Made by a program: the position numbers and the translations under genes. Below, in pieces: positions 18,554-26,833 of a stretch of 44,734 nucleotides of DNA. The DNA comes from an uncultured archaeon (GTDB lineage Archaea > Iainarchaeota > Iainarchaeia > Iainarchaeales > GCA-2688035). The notes beneath the pieces are model-generated. The model had not been told where the DNA came from. It saw nothing but the letters and a program-made list of their open reading frames with translations, and searched no databases. The stretch covers positions 1 to 44,734 of the forward strand of contig CAZMUN010000005.1 of assembly GCA_964569815.1 (NCBI GenBank). Direction: 5' to 3'. Within the stretch, counting starts at the first letter, position 1. Each line of letters starts with the position of its first letter.

Positions 18554-19362
18554 GAAAGATTTTCTTGGGTCCTTTGGAGTCAAAGCTGCTTTTTTCCCTT
18601 GAAGAGAAAGGCACAAGTGTTTTTTCTTTTAAGGAAGCAAAACAAGTTTTAGCTGTTTCAGACGATTCCTTGAAAAATGTTTTATACAGGCTTAAGAGAA
18701 AAAAAAGGCTGATTGAAATAAAAAAAGGCCAATACCTGTTTGTTCCAGCCAGAGCAGGCCTGGAAGGCTATTGGGCAGAGCATGCATTTTCTGTGGTATC
18801 CAAAGTAATGAAAAAGGACTATTACATTGGCTTTTGGACTGCCCTAAATTATTGGGGAATGACAGAGCAAATTCCCAACACGGTTTTTGTTGCAATAACC
18901 TCAAGAGCCAGGGACTTTGAATTTGGCAACCAGCAAATAAAGTTTGTCGCCCTCTCGAAAGACAGGTTTTTTGGATTTGCCAGAGAAAAAACAAAAACAG
19001 GCGAGTTTAAGATCTCAACAAGGGAAAAAACAATCGTTGACTGCCTGCTATTACCACAATACTGTGGCGGAATTGCAGAAGTTGCCAAAGGCATTTGGAA
19101 TGCGGGAAAAGAAATTGACTGGCCGCAATTGCTTGAATTCGTTGAAAAAGTAAAAGTTGCAGCTGTAAAGAGAAGGCTTGGATTCATCTTGCAAGAACTG
19201 AAAATAAAAAAGGACATCCAAAAGCAATTACGCAAGAAAGCGTTTGCCGGGTTTGCCTGGGCCGATCCATCGGCACAAAAAGAAGAATTCTCTTACGACA
19301 AAAAATGGGGCCTGAAAGTAAATGTTGGCAAAAAATGGCTGATTGCTTGGAGGGAATTCTAA
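18529..19362 (+). CDS. abiEi: Type IV TA antitoxin, AbiEi family
   Basis: N-terminal wHTH (L.RL..K..L..IKKG.Y), YIGFWTALNYWGMTEQIP, EKTIVDC and RRLGFIL. Confidence 0.9.
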   Translation: MWQITLVTRKIFLGPLESKLLFSLEEKGTSVFSFKEAKQVLAVSDDSLKNVLYRLKRKKRLIEIKKGQYLFVPARAGLEGYWAEHAFSVVSKVMKKDYYIGFWTALNYWGMTEQIPNTVFVAITSRARDFEFGNQQIKFVALSKDRFFGFAREKTKTGEFKISTREKTIVDCLLLPQYCGGIAEVAKGIWNAGKEIDWPQLLEFVEKVKVAAVKRRLGFILQELKIKKDIQKQLRKKAFAGFAWADPSAQKEEFSYDKKWGLKVNVGKKWLIAWREF

Positions 19363-20291
19363 TGAATGCTGATAGTTTGAAAAGAATTGCAGCAAAGCAG
19401 AAAATCCCATTTGGAACAGTTGAGAAAGACTATGTCATTACAATAATCCTTGCACTTGTTTCGGAAATGCAGGTCTCAAACCTAATGGCATTCAAAGGCG
19501 GAACCTCAATAAAGAAAATATATTTTCCAGACGCAAGATTCTCCGAGGACTTGGATTTCACATGCCACGTAAGCAAAGAGACAACCAAAATAATCGAGCA
19601 GTTGGCAGCAGTAATCAAAGGCAAAACAATTTTGGAAATTAGATTCAAGGACGCTGAAACATTAGATGTGGGCCCTCACAGCGTAAAAGGGAGAGTTCAA
19701 TATTATGATGCCAACGAACACTTAAACAGCGTAAGAATTGATTTAAGCGTAAGAGAAGAACCTGCAAAGAAAACATCTTTAATGGAGGTGCCAGACGAAT
19801 ACAATGTAGGCAATGAATTGACTTGTGCTTACGCCCGCCTGGCCTTGCCGGTAGTATCTCCTATACCAAGAACCTTCTCTTGTGAACTGACCAATAAATC
19901 ATTCAGCAACAAAAACAGCTGCTTGAATTGCAGGCACTTTTTATACGATGAGTCACTTAAAAGAAGTCAAGAGGAAACAGATTTTTACATCAGAACAATG
20001 AGTCGAGAGGAGATTTTGTCTGAAAAGGTTAGGGCCCTGCTTGTAAGGAAAATGCCAAGAGACTTGTATGATATCTGGTTTTTGTTGAACAAAAATGTTT
20101 CCTTAGACTTAAAGCTCGTTAACCAAAAGCTGAATTATTATGAACTGAAATTTGATTTGAATGAATTTATAACAGCAATTGACGGAATGAAAAGCAACTG
20201 GAAGAGAGACTTAAAGCCGCTTCTATCCACGGTAGAAGAGTTTGACAAAGTGAAAGAATTTGTAGTACAAAAATTTAAGGCAGCCAACTAA
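19362..20291 (+). CDS. abiEii: AbiEii/AbiGii nucleotidyltransferase toxin with Cys-rich insertion
   Basis: EKDY, FKGGTSIKK, RFSEDLDF, EK.RAL and RDLYD; TAATG coupling to abiEi. Confidence 0.92.
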   Translation: MNADSLKRIAAKQKIPFGTVEKDYVITIILALVSEMQVSNLMAFKGGTSIKKIYFPDARFSEDLDFTCHVSKETTKIIEQLAAVIKGKTILEIRFKDAETLDVGPHSVKGRVQYYDANEHLNSVRIDLSVREEPAKKTSLMEVPDEYNVGNELTCAYARLALPVVSPIPRTFSCELTNKSFSNKNSCLNCRHFLYDESLKRSQEETDFYIRTMSREEILSEKVRALLVRKMPRDLYDIWFLLNKNVSLDLKLVNQKLNYYELKFDLNEFITAIDGMKSNWKRDLKPLLSTVEEFDKVKEFVVQKFKAAN

Positions 20292-20364
20292 AAGGCACTG
20301 TAGAAAAGCAGCCTTTTTAAGCTCTTCTCGCTTTTGCCCTGTTGGATTTGAACTTATAGCTGAT

Positions 20365-20436
20365 AGCCCCGGGAGAGATTTGAACTCTCGGCCACTTCTT
20401 TACGAGAGAAGTGCTCTACCACTGAGCTACCGGGGC
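20365..20436 (-). tRNA. tRNA-Thr(CGT), CCA not encoded
   Basis: GCCCCGG acceptor stem, anticodon arm CTTCT-CTCGTAA-AGAAG, TTCAAAT T-loop. Confidence 0.96.
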
Positions 20437-20492
20437 AATAGAGAGACTACTGCACAGATATAATTTTAAACATTTCCAGCAGTCAAGATATT

Positions 20493-22085
20493 ATGAGTAT
20501 CGTTTTTAGTCTATTTCTACTACATGAAAGTGCCGACATACACCCGCGAAGCTGGATTTGTGTTTCAGGAAAAAAATTACCCAAGATAGTGGAAAACCTA
20601 GAAAAAGAGATATTAAAAAGCAAGGAATTGACAAGGGAAGAACTAAGCAGGACCATGGGTGGTTATTTACGCTGTTCCCATACAAGTTTTAAACAACTTT
20701 TTCAGAAGAAGAGGCCCTTCTTTCCAATCCCTTTTCTAATCGAACTGGCAGAAATTGCCGAAGATAAAAAAATTTTAAATAAAATTAATTCAAACATTGA
20801 ATCCTTAAAAGTAAACTCTGCTTCGGCAGCGAAAGTAAAAGCCTGCAAAAAACTTGATTATAATTTAGCCAAAATTATTGGCGCTTTTATGGCAGATGGA
20901 AGTCTCAGCATACAAGTTGTTTTTTCTGCAAGAGAAAAGAAAAAACTCAATCCCGTCAAAAAAAAGCTGTTGGAGAGTAAGCAAACTTTCTCAGCAAATT
21001 ATTCAAAAACAAGAAAAGAACACTACATAAGCATAAACAAAAACAAATCCAACGAAAGCCTTGTTGACACACTGTTAAAAGAAGGTAAAACCAACACCCA
21101 ATGCCATTACACGATCGAGTTATGTGACGCTTACAAAGACAATGTTCTTTTTTTTAAAAATTTGATTAAAAATGTGTTTGGGATAAGCCCGAACAAGTTT
21201 TACAAAAAAGGGGAAATGTGGCGGGTAATTTTTTCCAACAAGATACTTGCAAGGTTTTTGATTGAATTTTTCGGAATTTGGCCCGGAAAAAAGTCAGATG
21301 ATGCATTTGAGCCAGAAATAATAAAAAAAGCCCCTTTGAAAACAAGGAAAGCTTTTGTCTTAGGGCTGCTTACATTTGACGGTTGTGTTACAAAGCAAGG
21401 AAAAATGTGTCTTAGTTCAAATAGCAAAAGCCTAGTCGAAGCAGTCGAGCAAATATGGAAAAAAGACAAGATACAATGCGGCATTAGCAAAGGCAAGGGA
21501 AAAAACCGCGTTATAAATGCGTATTTAGCAAACAGTAAGAAAAAATTAATCCAATACTTTGAACCAGACACCCAAAAATGGAAACTGATCCGCTGGCTTG
21601 AAGGCAGGCCAACCAAGAAACCAATCATCAAAGAAACAGGCAACACCAAGATTTCAGAAGCGAAAATATTGCGTTTACTTCGCAAAGAAAAAAACTGCGA
21701 TATCGTTTACCTTACAAGGCTTTTTAGTTGCAGGCAAACAACGGCAAGATATTATTTAAAAACATTGAAAAAGCAAAATAAAATCACCCTTAGTAACAGA
21801 GTAAAAATGATTAACCCAAAAAACGTCAGTGAAAAAACTACCGTTTCATTGAACAAAAAAACGCATGGAAAGCTATTCGAAAAAATAAAGAAAAAGTTTG
21901 CTTACGACAATGCATTCGCAGACACGCTGGAAATAAAAAAAGCAACGCTTTCCGCTTGGAAGAAAAGGAAAAATCGCATTCCACTCCAGCATTTGGAAAA
22001 AATGTGTAAAATCCTGGGCTTGAATTTTCAAAGATTTTGCAGTAACCTAGTAAGAGAAGATAGAGAAATTGCGGTTATAAAATAG
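20493..22085 (+). CDS. Free-standing double-motif LAGLIDADG endonuclease-like protein with HTH domains
   Basis: IIGAFMADG and VLGLLTFDG motifs, a wHTH segment and a C-terminal Cro-like HTH (ATLSAWK...IPL..L); no intein ends; very A-rich. Confidence 0.8.
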   Translation: MSIVFSLFLLHESADIHPRSWICVSGKKLPKIVENLEKEILKSKELTREELSRTMGGYLRCSHTSFKQLFQKKRPFFPIPFLIELAEIAEDKKILNKINSNIESLKVNSASAAKVKACKKLDYNLAKIIGAFMADGSLSIQVVFSAREKKKLNPVKKKLLESKQTFSANYSKTRKEHYISINKNKSNESLVDTLLKEGKTNTQCHYTIELCDAYKDNVLFFKNLIKNVFGISPNKFYKKGEMWRVIFSNKILARFLIEFFGIWPGKKSDDAFEPEIIKKAPLKTRKAFVLGLLTFDGCVTKQGKMCLSSNSKSLVEAVEQIWKKDKIQCGISKGKGKNRVINAYLANSKKKLIQYFEPDTQKWKLIRWLEGRPTKKPIIKETGNTKISEAKILRLLRKEKNCDIVYLTRLFSCRQTTARYYLKTLKKQNKITLSNRVKMINPKNVSEKTTVSLNKKTHGKLFEKIKKKFAYDNAFADTLEIKKATLSAWKKRKNRIPLQHLEKMCKILGLNFQRFCSNLVREDREIAVIK

Positions 22086-23568
22086 TATTGGTTAAAGACT
22101 CTTTTCTGACTTTCCTCAAGTAAGAAGGCAACTCAGGTATTTTTACCCTAACCTGCTTCATAGAGTCCCTATACCTGTAGGTCACCGTATTGTCTTCCTT
22201 AGTCTGATAATCTATAGTGATCCCCCCAAAAACTCCAACCTCATCCGCTCTGGAGTATCTTTTTCCTATGCTCCCTTTCTCATCAAAAAAAACATCAAAT
22301 TCTTCATCCAATAAGTTAATGAATATTTTTTTTGCTATTTCACTCAACCCGTCTTTTTTTACTAGGGGATAAACCCCAACGTCATATGGGACAATCTTCA
22401 CCGGGAGCCTTAAGTAAATGCGCTCTTCATGACCCCTCTTCTCTTTCCTAAAAGCGTTATCCAAGACAACGTAAAAGGTTCGGTCAATTCCGGCTGAAAG
22501 CTCGAAAACGTGTGGAATGAATTCTTTACCGTCTTCTTTTGCAAGCATTTTTTGGCCAGATTCTTTGCCATGGCCTTTCAGGTCATAGTCGGTTCTGTAA
22601 TTGCAGGCAATCAGCTCAATCCAACCAAGGTCTGTTTCAACCTCAAAGTCCCAGGTTTCCTTTGCATAGAAGGCCTTTTCGTCTTTGCCAAGCTCGCGAA
22701 AGCGCATTTTTTGAACAGGAATTCCATAGGATTTGTAAAGCTGCTGTGTTCTTGCAAGAAAGTAGGCAATAAGCTTTCCTGAAACAAGCTTCTTTTTCAC
22801 GGCCTCTTGGCAGGGAATGCCTTGAACCTTTTTTCCCAAAAGCATTAGGTTAAGCTTGTATTCTGCGACCTCTTCAAAGTTCGGGACCTCGTTTATTTTG
22901 AAGGGGTTGAAGAATATTTCGGCTTCCATTTGCCCTATTTCACGCTCCCTTATGAGAGTGTTTCTTGGGGAAATCTCGTTTCTAAAGGATTTTCCTGCTT
23001 GTGCAATTCCAAAGGGAAGGCTCTGCCTTGAAGTCTTGAATAAGCGGGAAAAGTCCAAAAAAATGCTTTGGCAGGTTTCAGGCCTTAAATAGCAGGGCAG
23101 GTCGCCTGTGGCCCCAATGTCAACACGCATCATCATGTTAAATTTTTTCACTTCGCCAAAATCAGAGCCTTTGCATTTTGGGCATTTTACTTCATGGTTT
23201 TTTATCAGCTTGTCAAGCTCTTTTGTGGAAAGGCTTTCTGGAACAATGTCTTTTGAATGGGTTTCAATCAGCTTGTCGGCACGATGCAGGGAATTGCATT
23301 TCTTGCACTGCACAATCGGGTCGTTGAAGTTCTGCAAATGCCCGCTTGCTTTAAAAACAGGCTCTGGAAGAATTTGGGCTCCAAAAATTTCTGCAAAGCC
23401 CTCTCTTTCCACAAGCTGCTTTCTCCACAAGCCAATAACCTTTCGCCTGATGGTTTCGCCGTCTGGCCCAAATTCCCAGAAGCCGGAGGGGCTTTTTGCG
23501 TAAATTTCCGCGCTTGGAAAAAAAAGGCTCCTTCTCAAAGCAAGGTTTGCTATCTCTTCCTTTGGCAT
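22075..23568 (-). CDS. glyS: Glycyl-tRNA synthetase (alpha2, archaeal/eukaryotic type)
   Basis: SGH...F.DP, LRPETCQ, GKSFRNEISPR, GWIE...C..R.DYDL, GIDR and GSIGKRY.R.DE; start placed at MPKEE (23568). Confidence 0.96.
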   Translation of the reverse strand: MPKEEIANLALRRSLFFPSAEIYAKSPSGFWEFGPDGETIRRKVIGLWRKQLVEREGFAEIFGAQILPEPVFKASGHLQNFNDPIVQCKKCNSLHRADKLIETHSKDIVPESLSTKELDKLIKNHEVKCPKCKGSDFGEVKKFNMMMRVDIGATGDLPCYLRPETCQSIFLDFSRLFKTSRQSLPFGIAQAGKSFRNEISPRNTLIREREIGQMEAEIFFNPFKINEVPNFEEVAEYKLNLMLLGKKVQGIPCQEAVKKKLVSGKLIAYFLARTQQLYKSYGIPVQKMRFRELGKDEKAFYAKETWDFEVETDLGWIELIACNYRTDYDLKGHGKESGQKMLAKEDGKEFIPHVFELSAGIDRTFYVVLDNAFRKEKRGHEERIYLRLPVKIVPYDVGVYPLVKKDGLSEIAKKIFINLLDEEFDVFFDEKGSIGKRYSRADEVGVFGGITIDYQTKEDNTVTYRYRDSMKQVRVKIPELPSYLRKVRKESLTNTIL

Positions 23569-23623
23569 GCTATCAATTAGCTTGTAAATGGTTTTTATAG
23601 GTTTTTGTAGGTTCTTTAGGTAT

Positions 23624-24433
23624 ATGGTCAAGGATATAAAGCAGTTGAGGAAAGCTTTGATAAAGAAGGCAAAAAAGCAGGTTCAGGTAAAGTATTCTGA
23701 AAAAGACGTGCATATTGCGAGGGCTGTTTCGCTTTTGTCCGATTTGGACAATGCCTTCAATTTGCTTGCAGAAAACTGCATTGAATGGTATTCGACCCAT
23801 TTCCCAGAAATGCACTCTTTGGTGAAAGACAACGAAGCCTATCTTGGCATTGTAAAGGAATTTGGTGACAGGAAAAGCATTAAGGCAAAAGGCCTTGAAA
23901 AGGCGTTGGGTGAAAGCGAGAAAGCAAAAAAGCTTGAGGAAAAAGCTGCATCTTCAATGGGCTCCGACATTCCAAAAAGGGCTTTGGAGGAAATTCGGCA
24001 GCTTGCGGCAAACGCTTTAAAGCTAAAAGAGGAAAGAAGAAAGCTTGAAAAATTCGTTGAAAAGGAAATGCAGGGGCATGCAAGAAACTTTTCTGAACTT
24101 GCAGGCCCTATTCTTGGAGCAAGGCTTTTGGCAGCTGCATCAGGCCTAAAACCGCTTGCCTTGATGCCTGCTTCCACGATACAGCTTTTGGGTGCGGAAA
24201 AGGCCTTGTTCAGGCATTTGCGTAACAAGAAAAGCCGAGGGCCAAAGTATGGCTTTATCTACGGGCACCCTCTGGTGAAAAAGGTTCCAGGGAAAAACAG
24301 GGGAAAGATGGCCCGCTCTCTGGCAGGCAAGCTTTCTTTGACTGCAAGGGCTGACTACTTTGGAAACAAAAAAGACATTGCAAAGGAAATGGGTCAAGAA
24401 TTGGAAAAAAGGGCAGAAAAACTGCAGCAGTGA
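23624..24433 (+). CDS. nop5: Nop5/Nop56-58 box C/D sRNP protein, short form
   Basis: EWY..HFPE, PASTIQLLGAEKALF, PKYG.IY, GK.AR.LA.K...AR.D. Confidence 0.93.
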   Translation: MVKDIKQLRKALIKKAKKQVQVKYSEKDVHIARAVSLLSDLDNAFNLLAENCIEWYSTHFPEMHSLVKDNEAYLGIVKEFGDRKSIKAKGLEKALGESEKAKKLEEKAASSMGSDIPKRALEEIRQLAANALKLKEERRKLEKFVEKEMQGHARNFSELAGPILGARLLAAASGLKPLALMPASTIQLLGAEKALFRHLRNKKSRGPKYGFIYGHPLVKKVPGKNRGKMARSLAGKLSLTARADYFGNKKDIAKEMGQELEKRAEKLQQ

Positions 24434-24439
24434 TTTTTT

Positions 24440-25102
24440 ATGGAAGAGGTTTTTCCAGGAGTTTTTGAGGAAGGGGGAAAGCTTTTCACAAAAAGCCTTG
24501 TTCTGGGCCAAAAAGTTTACGGGGAAAGGGTTTTGGAAGAGGGCGGTGAAGAGTTCAGGCAATGGGACTTTTTCAGAAGCAAGCTTGCAGCTGCAATAAA
24601 AAACGGTTTGAAAGAGCTGCCAATAAAGCCAGGTTCAAAGGTTTTGTACCTGGGGGCCGCTGAAGGAACAACAGCAAGCCATGTTTCAGACATCGTTGGC
24701 AAAACAGGAATCGTGTTCGGAGTCGATGTAAGCGAACGGGTAATGAGGAAATTCATCTCTGTTTCAGAACAGCGTGAAAACCTTGTCCCCATTCTGGAGG
24801 ATGCAAACAGGCCCTGGAAATATAAAGACTTTTTGTCCGAAAACAAAATTGGCGTGCTTTACCAGGACGTGGCACAGCAAAACCAGGCCAAGATTTTTCT
24901 GAAAAACGCGGAATACTTTTTGGAAAAAGGGAACGCAGGAATGCTTGTTGTTAAAGCGAAAAGCATTTCCCAGAACCCGGACGTGGGAGCGGTTTTTGGA
25001 AAAGAGCTCAGCATCCTTTCAGATTCCTTTAACGTAATGCAGGTTGTCAACTTAAAGCCGTTTGAAAAAGACCATGTTTTGGCACTGTGTGAAAGAATAT
25101 GA
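24440..25102 (+). CDS. flpA: Fibrillarin-like rRNA/tRNA 2'-O-methyltransferase
   Basis: VYGE, RSKLAAAI, VLYLGAA.GTT.SHVSDI, DVAQ..QA and PFEKDH. Confidence 0.96.
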   Translation: MEEVFPGVFEEGGKLFTKSLVLGQKVYGERVLEEGGEEFRQWDFFRSKLAAAIKNGLKELPIKPGSKVLYLGAAEGTTASHVSDIVGKTGIVFGVDVSERVMRKFISVSEQRENLVPILEDANRPWKYKDFLSENKIGVLYQDVAQQNQAKIFLKNAEYFLEKGNAGMLVVKAKSISQNPDVGAVFGKELSILSDSFNVMQVVNLKPFEKDHVLALCERI

Positions 25103-25656
25103 AGGCCGAAATAAGAAGGCAGTTCATCCACTTCCTTTTTGGAAGCTTTTTCATTGCACATGCCGCTTTTTACGGCGTGCAGCAAACCTTAATAGTTCTT
25201 TCAGCGGTTTTTTTGGTCGGTTTCTTTGTTTCGCTTCTTTTAAAGAAAGGGGCCAAGATTCCGCTGATAAGCCAGGTTACTGAAAAGGTTGAAAGAGACT
25301 ATGAAAGGCATTTGCCTGGCAAGGGAGCGCTTCTCTTCTTTTTGGGCGCAATGCTTACAATGGCCCTCTTTTGGGAAACACGCGTGGTCATAGGGGCCTT
25401 GTGTGTCGCGGTTTACGGGGACGCTGCGTCAACCGTTTTTGGAATAAGGCTAGGCAAGCACAAGCTTTGTGGAAAAAAAACCCTGGAGGGAACACTTGGC
25501 GGGATTCTGGCTTCAGTGGTGTTTTTGGCCTTTGTTTTTGAATGGTGGGCCGCATTGTCAGCAGCAGTTGTAGGAATGCTTGCAGAACTGCTTCCAGGGG
25601 ACGACAATTTCACCATTCCCATAGCAACGGCCCTGACGCTAACCATTTTAATTTAA
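25099..25656 (+). CDS. SEC59/DGK1/VTE5-type CTP-dependent polyprenol kinase family membrane protein
   Basis: E..RQ..H, GDA....G...GK, KKTLEG and DDNFTIP. Confidence 0.85.
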   Translation: MKAEIRRQFIHFLFGSFFIAHAAFYGVQQTLIVLSAVFLVGFFVSLLLKKGAKIPLISQVTEKVERDYERHLPGKGALLFFLGAMLTMALFWETRVVIGALCVAVYGDAASTVFGIRLGKHKLCGKKTLEGTLGGILASVVFLAFVFEWWAALSAAVVGMLAELLPGDDNFTIPIATALTLTILI

Positions 25657-25677
25657 CCCTTGGCTTAATTCTATTAA

Positions 25678-25818
25678 GGGTCCGTAGCCTAGTGGATAGG
25701 GCAACTGCCTCCTAAGGCCGAGCGGCCAGGCCGGCACAGGCGCTAACGTGCTTGAGCAAGCTCGCTGCAGCTCGCCAAAGTTAGCAGTAGGTCGAGGGTT
25801 CGATTCCCTCCGGGCCCG
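25678..25818 (+). tRNA. tRNA-Arg(CCT) with a 68-nt intron at 37/38 (25715-25782)
   Basis: GGGTCCG/CGGGCCC acceptor stem, GGATA D-loop, ACTGC/GCAGT anticodon stem, GTTCGATTC T-loop. Confidence 0.92.
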
Positions 25819-25820
25819 CT

Positions 25821-26312
25821 ATGCCCTCCAAAAAACGCAGGCCTGAAACCAGCCTAAAAAAGCCAATTCTAACCAAAAAAGATGCAAGGGAACATGCAAG
25901 GCAGCTTGCAATAAACGTTGAAAAAAAGCAGAAAAGGGTGGAAATTCTGCAAAGCTGGCTGCGAATTGGAGGCAACAAGATTTCGCCAGAAGCGAGAAGA
26001 ATCCTTGCAAAGGCCGCCTACGCCTTTGGGATAAGGCCAAAGGACCGATTCAGGGGCCTGAACCTGCGTGGAAAAAAATTCGCCGACAGCGCTTCAAGCC
26101 TTTCGCAGGCAGCAGAGCCAAACTGGCAGCATGTTCTCAGGGAATGCAGGAAAGCAGAAACCTGCTTTTTAGGTTGCGAAAAAGCCTTTTACAGGATACC
26201 AGAAGAGCAAAGATTGGACGTATTGGTTGACATGGACAGCATGATGCAAAAGGACCGAAAGGCAAACCAGGCCCTTATGCAAAGGGCTTTGCAGGAACTT
26301 GGCAAGGAATAA
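25821..26312 (+). CDS. Basic hypothetical protein
   Basis: ATG 2 nt after the tRNA end; host-like codons. Confidence 0.65.
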   Translation: MPSKKRRPETSLKKPILTKKDAREHARQLAINVEKKQKRVEILQSWLRIGGNKISPEARRILAKAAYAFGIRPKDRFRGLNLRGKKFADSASSLSQAAEPNWQHVLRECRKAETCFLGCEKAFYRIPEEQRLDVLVDMDSMMQKDRKANQALMQRALQELGKE

Positions 26313-26338
26313 ATACCGGTTTGAACTAGATTAAGGCA

Positions 26339-26833
26339 ATGGCAAAAGAAACCAGCTTTGTTGAAATCGTTCGGAACATGGTGGACAAAGGCCACGACCT
26401 GCCAACCATTGTAGACACGTTGGTTACGCTTGGCTTAAGCAAGGCAGACGCGGAAAAGCTTGTGGACATAATGGTGAAAAAGTCTGTGCCCCGCGCCCAG
26501 CAGTTCATAGACCTGCTTGTAAATAAAAAGGTTTTAAGTGAAGAAGCAGCCAAGCAAATAAAGCTTGAACGCAGGGCCATAAGCAGCAAAAGGCAAAAAA
26601 CAAGAAAATGGAACAAGATGTTTTCTTTGAGCGACTCACTTATAAGAGAATTTGCTCCAGGAAAGCACCTTGCATTCAAGCAGCGCTGGCGAAAGCTTGC
26701 TGCAGCCCGCGAAACCGAATACAATGCAAGAAAACAGATGCAGGCGGTGTTGCTGGAACTGGAAAGCAGAAAGCTTCCATACCGCGCCAAAGCAAAGCTG
26801 AAGAAAGCCATTGAAATGCTGGAGGTGGAATAA
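26339..26833 (+). CDS. Basic helical hypothetical protein
   Basis: Host-like codons; stop overlaps the next ATG. Confidence 0.7.
   Translation: MAKETSFVEIVRNMVDKGHDLPTIVDTLVTLGLSKADAEKLVDIMVKKSVPRAQQFIDLLVNKKVLSEEAAKQIKLERRAISSKRQKTRKWNKMFSLSDSLIREFAPGKHLAFKQRWRKLAAARETEYNARKQMQAVLLELESRKLPYRAKAKLKKAIEMLEVE

Larger units (their letters stand above)
17674..20385. mobile_element. Putative tRNA-Thr-integrated mini-island (HD, AbiEi, AbiEii)
   Basis: AGCCCCGGGAG at 17674-17684 repeats the tRNA-Thr 3' end at 20365-20375 (17 of 21 matches when extended); no integrase seen. Confidence 0.55.

Noticed and set aside
19305-19361. Upstream start for abiEii
   Set aside because: TAATG coupling at 19360-19364 and the family N-terminus favour 19362.
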